A stretch of 64,000 nucleotides of DNA, taken from assembly GCF_009914755.1 (NCBI RefSeq), contig NC_060931.1. One strand, written 5' to 3'. The notes under the pieces were generated by a model. The model searched no databases. It was not told the DNA's origin and saw only the letters and a list, made by a program, of their open reading frames with translations. The DNA is from the human T2T-CHM13v2.0 reference genome, Homo sapiens. Shown in pieces: positions 52,776 through 64,000 of this stretch; position 1 is the stretch's first letter; each line of letters begins with the position of its first letter. The position numbers were made by a program, and so were the translations under genes.

Positions 52776-53717
52776 TCATTCCTCTCAGTGTCTGCTACTG
52801 TACTTCTCATTTTCTCCTTTTAGGCCAGGCCAGTTTAGTGAAACTTGAGTACCAGGATGAGAAGAGAATATAAAGAGAAGCAGATGGTATTGTTAACATT
52901 ATCTTCTGGTTGCCAACATGAGATATTTTCTGTGGTTAATTACGCTGGAGGGATCAAGCTAGTTTTAGAACTTCCAGGTCATAGATTTCAGCTAATCACA
53001 AATCCAAGGGACTTTTTTAGACCAAAAGGTCATTAGATGTTTATCTAGGTCATTAGCCTTTGATAAATCATTTGAAATCCAGAAAATAGCCAAATCAATC
53101 TTCAGTTCTTAGGTTCTCAAGACCTGAGATAGCATAATATTTGTGTAGCAGAATTTAGAGCTCATAATCTCAGGTATGCAAAAAATCTCATATTATTTAC
53201 TTAAAAAGCTTAGCTCTAAATCTCTATTCAACTAAAGGGAAAAATCAAATGCAGCTGGTGTGCCTCTACCCTCTTATGTTGTGCCAATGTTTCAGTGTTT
53301 TAAGAGATGCCAAACCACTGAGTGAACCTCTTTTGTCATTGCTTATCCTGGAACCCACAGAACTTAGTCCCTTCTCAACCTAAGGACTTTCACTTTGTTC
53401 TACCATGAGGCTGTCCTTCCTCTGACCTTCTCCGCCGGGGCATCTGGCCTACTCTCTTCAATGGCCCTGATGCATTTTCAAAAAACAAGCCAAGCTATTG
53501 ACTACAGGCTTTTGTTGCCTTCTCCTGTGCCAAATTCCAGAAAGCAAGATTACAAAGTTTTCCTTTTGGCTTGAAATAAGAGGTGGAGGAGGAACTCAGA
53601 GACACAGCAATAAACATCTTACCACATTAGTCTTGATAAGACTAGAATAGACCTGCTCATGGGAATATGACTTGCCCTTTCTTGAAATTGTGGTGACGTG
53701 AATGGTGCTTGCTTTGA

Positions 53718-53950
53718 CATTCATCCATTTATTCTTTCTGAAAACATTTGTTAAGTGTCTACTATGTGCTAGGGAAAATCTGCACACTTGAGACTTGGGA
53801 TATGTAAGTGAACCAAACGGAGTAAGATGTTTCCCCTTATAATGTTAGCATTCCAGTAGGGGAAGAGACAATAGACAGCATGGTGTGATGTGATCCAATA
53901 TGATCAACGCGATGGGGAAAAGAAAGAGCAGAGTATGGTAGGGAGAATGG
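53718..53950 (-). mobile_element. L2 3' end (antisense)
   Basis: 'cattcatccatttattc...catttgttaagtgtctactatgtgctagg...cattccagtaggggaagagaca'. Confidence 0.75.
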
Positions 53951-55029
53951 GGTGATGGTCCTCCTTTTCACTATTTAAAGCATTGCTTCCCACTTTGCCC
54001 CTTAACTCTGAAATAACCTCTCTCCTTTGCAAGACAGACTCCAGGGAGCCTTGGGCATGTTTTAGGCCCTCTAAAGCCTATGGGGAGAGTTTGGGGCCTG
54101 TGGGAAAGGATGTAGTCTCTGCGGAATTAGAAATTGCTAGGTTAAGGGAAATCTGAGTTGAATTGTTTCTCAATGTTTATCAGAGAAGAAAAATTAAAGT
54201 AGGAACCTGAGTAACCAAAGAGAGATCCCACAAGAAAGATTAATTATTACACCTCGTGCTTAGTCCTCATAGTTCAAGAAATGGAAGTCATGATCTTTTA
54301 CACATCGAGTTCATATTTTTCTGCCCAATTATTCTTCAATAGATTTTTTAATAAGGGATTTGCTTTAGACCCTGGAGATCTTAGGTGACTTTGCCAACAA
54401 TGGTCTCTGCAGAAAATGTGAGAAAAGAGGATAGTGATATTGAGAGAATGACAAAGAGATCTGTGTTCTGTCTTTTAGTGTGGGTTAAATGACCAAAATA
54501 ATCGTCTGGGAAACAGAAAGCCAGATTGTTACCAAGTAGCCAAATTAGTGACACTCTGTGGGCTGGGGATTAATCACAGTGGCCAGGTGGCAAACTAAAT
54601 ATTAAGAATAGATAGGAGGGCTGATTTATGTAGTGGGAGTTCAGCTCCTTCTACCACTGATCCTTAAAATAGCATATCATATCTGGTACAAGTCCGCATC
54701 AGGCAATTAGGTATTAAGTCCAAGATTACAATTCTTCTCACCATATAAAGCATAATTTAGACATCTCTTTTCAAAAAGGCAAAGGTTTTTATGAACCCAC
54801 ATTTAAATGTCATATTACTTCAGCACTTTCCTTATGTGATGGCATATTTATTAATGGCATTTTTACCTTTCTTGCTTCTATATTTAATTATATGTTTATT
54901 AAATTAAAAGAGTTTGTCTTCTGCTTATTATATCTCCGTTACACTGAAGGTTTCATAGGATATAATTATCGATGATGCTGACTTTTTTATACCTATTTAT
55001 CTTAATGTGTTGATGGATCAATACCTGAC

Positions 55030-55431
55030 TGTGTAAGATAGGGTAATGATTTTTGCTGTAACACTTAACTGTAAATTTAGCATTTTAATGTGATAAAAGC
55101 TTATTCCCGACAAGCTTAACAATTCTACATTGGTGGTCCTGGAGGTAGGAAGTTTCCTCCATGTAGTAAATCAGGGACCTAGGTTCCTTCCATTTTGTGG
55201 CTTTGACATCACTTGGGGACCCTTAGTTCAAGAGACAGAGATGATGGATAATTTTTTTTTTTAATCCCAGCATGGAAGTGACTTCCACTGGGGAGAACTA
55301 ATTACATGGTTCTTGGATATAAGGGCAGTCTGGAAAATGTAGTGTTTTGGTGAGCCAATAGCTTACAGTACTGAATTTTCCATATGGAAGAGAGTATAAA
55401 GTTTTGTTGGACACTAGCCATCTGTGCCACA
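55030..55431 (-). mobile_element. MLT1J/I-like MaLR LTR
   Basis: 'cagggacctaggttccttccattttgtggct', 'aagggcagtctggaaaatgtagt', ends 'catctgtgccaca'. Confidence 0.7.
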
Positions 55432-57366
55432 TTAACCCACAGTGTAACAGAAATACGCACTTCGTTACTTCAATGTAATTTCTGCATAACAATCTATACA
55501 TATTAAGCTTCCTTTATTTAATGTCAACAATACATTTATACATTTTCCTACCAGTCTCCTAATAACTTTATATTATTTCTTATTTACCTCTTATATCATT
55601 TCTTTAGAGGACGGATGACTACTTTACCCTGTTTCTGTTATAAGGCATAGCAAGGAATGGTAGTTAGATTGGTTGTTTCTGCTTTGGCAGAGATTAGAAA
55701 TGAAGTGCTCACTGTTGATGAATTATATATTGGGCACATCAGGCCCATTTTGTTTTCTTCTGGGTCAAACAGGCCGAGTGCCTAAGACCATACACTGCTG
55801 GGATATTCTCTTCCCCAAGAACATTCTTGGTGTGTTTCTTTGTGTTGCCTATCAGTTATGTGAGCACTTACTCTAAGAATGTGAATCTGTGCCCAAGGGA
55901 ATATTATGTCTTTCTGCGGTTGACTAGAGAGTTATTGAATTATGTAAAATATCACAAGTTCATTTTGATGAAATGTATATTGTCATTGATTTATTTTCCT
56001 GAGTTATGTTTTTATTAGATCAAAATCACATGAGAGTTTAAGAGAAAAATATAAGACAAAACACAAAACAAATGACATTTGCAGTATCATTATTTTCAGA
56101 TGTGATGTAGATAAAGGAAAAGAATATTTTACCAATGACAATATCATATTTTTATCTGGTCTCGGACTTCCCACATAATCTTATTAAGAGAAAACAAGGA
56201 CTAATGCAATGTCTCCTTCCCAGTCTCAGAGAAGAGAACAAGACTGCCCCATTTTTCTTCCTTTAAATATCAGTACAAGAGAACAGCCATACATCAGTAC
56301 GTTCTCTCAAAGTTGCTAGTCATTTGGTAAATTCCTAAAATATTTTATTCCCAATTTTTTGGATGCATACATATTATCAAATCACTTTGAAAGCTGCAGA
56401 GTGTAATGCAAAAAGTGAGCAGTCACTTTCATCCTCCGTCAAAAGGAAAAAAAAGATACAAGCTCATCTTAAGTTGATATTCATCGAGAGATTTGTATAT
56501 CCTAAAAACCATTACTACTTCATAGTCCCCAAACATGGCGAGATGTATGGTATTTATGGTTAAGATCAAATATTATCTTTGTAATGGGATTTTAAATTTA
56601 ACTGAATGAATATCACAGATGATAATGTGGTACCTCCACTTTTTCTGAATTGGTCATCTAATCCTGGATGGTAAGCAAACAGAAACGTGTACTCTGAGGG
56701 TTTGCATCTTTGTGTCCTGACATCAACACTTAAAGAGTCTTGGCTTTATCTCTTCCATTGCTATTACAATGAGTTTGACGGGCTTGGATCTAGTGGGGTG
56801 GCTACTGTCAGGGGAGCAGTTCGGCTGTGTAAAATTACCTAAAATAAAACCCATTTTGGCAATGGCAAGAAATGGAATTGCTCAACAGTAAGCTTGCCTA
56901 AGCCTGAACAGATGGAAGAAAAGTAGAGCAGACTGCTCCACAGATGATGATCAGCAACAATCAGACCCAAAGATGAGTGGCTTGATCCAAGGAGAATTAA
57001 AGAAGCCATTTGCATCAGATGTTGGAACAGTTAAGGCATGCTTGCAGTCAGTGAATGTCATTGGAAGCGGCTTTAAATAATGTGATGCAACATACATATA
57101 TTATGTATTTGCAAAGCCAGATGGGATAAGGAATAAGAATTTTAGAGGGAAAAATCTGGCAAGAAACACTTTTATAGATGTCACTCTGAACTGATGCATT
57201 ATGGAGAAGTGAGCTAATGGGCTTAGGAAAGAAAAAATTATCATAAATATTAAACAGAAATCTTAGATTTCATCAGGACTTTAAAGTTTATGTGAATCTT
57301 ATTGCCTGCACTAAAGCAGAACACACTTCCCATCCCTGCCATCTCATGCTTATTAAAAAAGCTAAT

Positions 57367-57452
57367 GTGTGTGTGTGTGTGTGTGTGACTATTTGTGTGT
57401 GTCTCTCTCTATCTTTAGGGGTAGATATAGATGATATAGATATAGATATATA
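57367..57452. repeat. (TG)n and (GATATA)n microsatellites
   Basis: Directly visible. Confidence 0.9.
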
Positions 57453-57559
57453 CCAGAACTGAAATTCTTGCATCCCACTCTTGATATTTTACTTAGTTAT
57501 CATGAATTAACAAACTTATAAATAATCTCTCAGACTTACAAGTTCATTTTAAAATAAAC

Positions 57560-58105
57560 ATTTTATTTTGAAATAATTTTATCTTTATAGAAGAGTTGCA
57601 AAGATAGCACAGAGTATTTCTCTATACACTTCACCCAGCTTCCTCTAATGTTAACTTTCTACATAACCTTGATACACTTACAAAAGCTAAGAAATGAACA
57701 TTGGCACAATACTGTTAACCAAACTATAGCCTTCATTAAGATTTCACAGTTCTTCCACTGTGTTCTTTTCCTACATAGCTAGGACACCACATTGCACTTA
57801 GTCATTATGTCTCCTTAGTCTCTTCAGATCCGTGACAATTTCCTATTCTTCCCTTTCATGGCCTTGGTACTTTTGAAGAGTCCTGGTCAAGTATTTTGTA
57901 GAATGTCTCTCAGTTTGGGTTTTTCCTTATATTTTCTCATGAATGTTCTGAGGTTATAGTTTGAAGAAGAAAGCCACACAGGTGTTGTGCCCTTTTCTTC
58001 ATACCATATCAGGGGACATATGCTGTTGGATGGCTTATTATTTGGTTAAGGAACTGTCTGCCAGGTTTCTCCACCATAAACTTACTATAACCTATCTTTT
58101 TGAAA
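57560..58105 (-). mobile_element. L1MC/L1MD 3' end (antisense)
   Basis: 'ttttattttgaaataatttt...gaagagttgcaaagatagcacagag...cttcacccagcttcc...ctgccaggtttctccac'. Confidence 0.8.
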
Positions 58106-58281
58106 ATCTGTGTATCTTTTATTCAGGAGTTACACATAGGAGAAGTAATTATTGTTGAGCTACCTTAAATTATTAGTCACATTAGGTGAACAGGAAGAGA
58201 TCAATTTTAATGGCATTGACAAAAGCATATAATGTGGAGAAAATAATTCTTTGTCTCCTGAACATACAAATAGAATATTCT

Positions 58282-58608
<327 letters not shown>

Positions 58609-59202
58609 TTACATTTTAAAATGTTACATAGAAATCATCTTTTTGACACATCTTTTGTCCTACCATTGCTTCTGTGTATAAAGAAATATTAGGAAATAGA
58701 AAATGGCTCTTTCTTTATGACTCTCTTAGCTTTTGTACTTTGGCATTTTTTTCTTTTAAAGAACATGGCCATTTAATCAGTTCATTTTGGCACAGGTAAA
58801 CAGTTGTTCAAACATCTGATAACATTTGTCTTTTAATCTATCACTTACTTTGGTGTGTGTAGACATAGGCTCTATTATTGTATCTTGGGACACTAAAGAG
58901 AAAAGCAAGGATATTGTAAATGGATATTGTAAATATGCAGAGACCACACTGCACTGAACAGATTGCCAAGATGAAAACAGAAAAAAATGAAATAAAATAA
59001 TAAACATTTTTATGATTCTAACATTTCATTATTTTAAAACATTTTCAATGCACATTGACCATGAAGAAGAAACATAGACACCTTATAGCATCACAAAGGT
59101 AACCTCCCTCATAACTTCAATGGTTTAAACAGTTGCACAGTGATGCTGAGGTTATATGAAACAGTTTGAAAACTGGTATGAGGCAACTTCATATTCCTAT
59201 GA

Positions 59203-59878
59203 TTTTTTTTTCAACTTTTAGGTTCAGGGGGCACATATGCAGGTTTGGTGTATGAATGATCCTGTCACCCAGGTAGTGAGCATAGTCCAAAATATAAGAA
59301 ATTAGAAGTAAAACATTTAATAAATTTACACATTTAACAATACTTAAATACTGTTTAAACATTTAAAAATAGAATTTGTTACCTACCACCTAAGATTGCC
59401 AAGCCACCTTCTATAACCCTTGCCCCCTCCCACCTTCCCTGCCTTGGTAGTCCCCAGTGTCTAATGTTCCCATCTTTGTGTTGGTGTGTACTCAATGTGT
59501 AGCTCCCACTTACAAGTGAGAACATATGGTATTTGGTTTACAGTTCCTGCGTTAATTCACTTAGGAAATTAGCCTCCAGCTGCATCCATGTTGCTACAAA
59601 GGACACGATTTCATTCTTTTTTTTAATGGCTGTGTAGTATTCAAGGATGTGTATGTAGCATGTTTTCTTTATCCAGTTCACCACTGATGGGCATCTGGGT
59701 TGATTCTATGTCTTTACTATTATGAATAGTGCTGTGGTGAACATATGAGTGCATTTTTTGGTAGAACTATACATATATATATGTATATATAGGCCTATAT
59801 ATACATATATATATATATACACATATATATAGGCAGGGGTATATACTCAGTAATGCGACTTCTGGGTCAAATGGTAGT
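59203..59878 (-). mobile_element. 5'-truncated L1PA15/16-like 3' end
   Basis: 'tgatcctgtcacccaggtagtgagcatagt', 'gctcccacttacaagtgagaacat'; TSD TTCCTA(TG/CC)ATTTT. Confidence 0.88.
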
Positions 59879-62800
59879 GTTCCTACCATTTTTTCTAAGC
59901 CTGTGGTGCTAAAGGTAATAAAGACTTGCTCTGTGGGCTCATTAATTCAAGATCTGGACATCTTTAAAGTCCCATGGGGAGGATCTCTGGGGACCTCAGA
60001 AGGGCACAAGACTTTCCTAGAGAAGGAGCAGAATAAGCAGTGGGCCAGCTGGAGCTGAGAACAGGACCTATACCTGTATTCCAGTCTAATACACTGTACA
60101 TTTTGGAAGGAGATTACATGTGAGAATAATAATAAAAAAAGAGCTGTTTTACTAAAATCACAGCAAGACAGAGAAAACATAGGCAATAAACCTGACTTGC
60201 TGATCATGTCACAAAGGCTTACTAAAGATGGGAAAATGAGTACAGCTCAGGACAGCCTGAACAGAAAGCCTTGCTTATCTCCATTTAGAATCAAAAGAAG
60301 ATGGAGCAGAGCAAGGAGCCCAGGCACAAGTCATGGTACCTTTGGTTGTAGCATCAGGATCCTCAGTGGCAGACATTGCTCCAGGGACCCAGACCTGAGC
60401 AGGAGAGGATGAAAGTGGTCCCTGTTCAGGTGGTTGCTGAGAAAAAGGTGAGATATGATTTTAGGAATTATTTAGGGGGCATTTGAGATACATAGAGTTT
60501 TTGTCAAGCAAATAGGAGCAGAACTAGAGATATTATATTTTTGCCAATGTTACTGTGATCCCATTTTGTTGGCCATGGCCTGGGAAAACATAGGATATAA
60601 GACATTAAATTTACGTGCAATTTTGAATACTTTATTAAATGTGTGAACAATGCCAATTCTATTTTGTCTGTTTGGAGTTAGAAACTGAAGTTCAATTCAC
60701 AAAGACACATGAAACAATAACTAAAATCTGGGCTCTATACATTTACGGAAATACATTTACAGTAATATTCTTGAAAGGATCTGGGATTTTAGAAATTATA
60801 GATATACATTTATATGACCCAGATTTCCTTCGCTCCTACAAATTGGAATAAAATTTGAAAATTGGTTTTAGTGGTTATGCAAAAAAAGGAGGAAGGAAGA
60901 AAGAGGACAAATGGAAGGAAGGAAGGTAGTCATTTGTTTGACTCAATTAGTTTGGACCACCTAAAATATTTTTATAGCAGACTTGACACTGAAGTCAAAG
61001 GATTCAAAACCCTTTGTTAGTTCAAATGTCCCTAAAGGGTATTACTTATTACCCCTGCTGTAAATGGCTCAGTATGAATATATATAGGAGGGAGAAGTAA
61101 TCAGGGAAACATGTACAGAGACTACTATGAAAAAAAGGAAATTCCAAAACTTCAAACCATCTACTAGTTCTTTTGCATTATTTGGAGCAGAAGACACTTA
61201 GCAGGACTGGTAGACATCTAGTGTCAGATGTTGGATTGAGTCAGAATGGTAAGCTAAATGCTGTACATAATAAACAGGGGCATCTGAGAAAGGAGAGAGC
61301 TTTCTAAAAGAGAGGAGGCTGAGCAGTGTCTAAGTGTCTATACTAAAATGTAAACATTCTAAATTGAATAAAAGCCTCTGGTGCTGCAAACCTTTAGTGC
61401 AGCAGGTTGGGACAAATCAGAGAAAGGGCCTCAGTTCCACATCTGGACCTTCACAGAGCAGAAGGAATGGCTACAAGACATAAGTCTTGGAAGCAACAGG
61501 AAACAAGAAATTCAGAGCTGGAAGCGGCCACAAAGATTTAGGCCCCAGAAATTCTCAGAGATATAAGGAAAATATTCAATTTCAGTTTTAATTTTATGTA
61601 AACCTTGAAGGAGAGGGTGGCCTTAGCTACCACTTTGGTCTTTCCAACAGCATATTGCTGGCAATAGTGGAATCAGGTAGGCGGCCAACAGCCCGGTGAG
61701 AGGACAGCTATTGGGCCCTGCTGCTAGTTATTAAACTGCATACAGATGGTAACAAGAATTTAGCCAGGGATCACAGCTTGAATCATTTTCTGATTGTATG
61801 TCACTCAGAATAGTCTCCTAAAAGTATTTCAGTCCTGGAGAAGAGAAGGAGCAGGAACAGCATGCATTCCTTGACTGCTGAGGGGAATCTAGGGTGACTG
61901 ATCTCACATGACGTTTATATTTCCTTGTAAAGAGCAATGAGATACCTTGGTTATGAAGATCAATGAGATCAGCCACCATGTATCATTTGTATCTCAAGTT
62001 ACATATTTTTTTACAACAAGCCACATGGACTTGTTAAAACTAGGATTTAAACACAACTGTAGGGAAATCGTTATCTTAAGGTGAATTGCTTAAGAGGGAA
62101 ATTGCATTTGGACATGGGGGGCTCGGTGCAGTGGTTTATGAGTATAGAGCTCTGTCCTGAACAAATGAAGCATTTAGCTGCCACCTGTATTATGTATTGA
62201 TGTTACTAATCCTAGCAAAGTTAAGAATAAAAATTGAGCATTTATACACACCAATCTGGAGAAAAGAGGAATTTAAATTACCTTTCAGACTGTGAGTTTA
62301 ATTGAAATGCTCCCATTTATTTCAGTCTAATGATAGTGGGTTTGCTGGATCACATCACCATTCTTTGAAATCTGCTTTATTCTTTCACATAGCACAGGAC
62401 CTGCAGTCTTCATCTCTGGAGAGCATTCCCAACAACAAGTAATGCTTACCTGCAAATTGGAATGCACCAGAGTCCTATTTAAAGGCCAGCCTCACTGACT
62501 GACTGGCAGAATGAACGGGGAGAATGTATGCTTTATGCTCATACAGCTTCTTGAAAAAATGGACTGTGTAGAGTCAAGTTATTATTATAGTTATTTTCAT
62601 TTATTTGTCAAGTGCCAAGGAATGCACTTGACAAAGCAAAAAGAGGAAGCTCAAGACAATATGTGTGTCCCCTAGATAATGTTGTTCCAGGAAAATAAAG
62701 TTTATTCATCCTCAAGGCAGATGTATGCATTTTTTAATCAACTGAGTATTCCATGAAGTTCTTTCCATAATTTTTAGCACATAAAACTTTTCTCGATTGA

Positions 62801-63140
62801 AATCATTGATTGTCCTTATCAACCCAATATAAAATAAAGTAAATGTTTGTTCTTCAGAGAGGATTCCTCCTGTAAAAACTTCCAGAATCACAAAAATGAT
62901 ATTGTCTATTCACTCCTGTCATTTTTGAAAGTAATATTTCCTTCAAGATACACATGCCTCCTACACAAATTGTCTTTGCAAATGTTACTAAGTCTTTCTC
63001 TCTCACTTGATGAGAGAAAGAGAGAACATCTGTCTTTCTCCAGATGCCCTTTCTAGAACATGCCCTGAAACAGTCATACTAATTCTATCTGAATTTATTT
63101 AAATAAACACTGATACGGCACCATGTCCCTGACACTTCTA

Positions 63141-64000
<860 letters not shown>

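Overview
Primate (human-like) AT-rich, repeat-dense non-coding DNA, intergenic or deep intronic. I find no credible protein-coding exon, RNA gene or CpG island. Nearly all longer ORFs in the track are L1, Alu or ERV remnants or low-complexity artefacts. Main contents: a deleted ERVL provirus with LTR40-type ends (1.7-4.2 kb); a near full-length L1PA8A/10-like element (13.0-19.6 kb) carrying a TSD-flanked L1PA4/5 insertion with an apparent 3' transduction; a HERV-K(HML-2) LTR5_Hs-type solo LTR with a perfect TSD; a twin-primed L1PA7; an isolated L1 5'UTR/ORF1 fragment; Hsmar1 plus MADE1; and many Alu, L2, MIR, MaLR and MER elements. Unexplained structure includes a 39-bp perfect inverted repeat with flanking 5-bp direct repeats, a possible ancient Tx1/L1-like ORF2 relic, several + strand candidate non-coding exons and an E-box/octamer cluster. 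Subfamily names come from my recall of consensus sequences and need RepeatMasker/Dfam confirmation. Boundaries of old repeats are approximate. I did not find a convincing novel multi-gene system.
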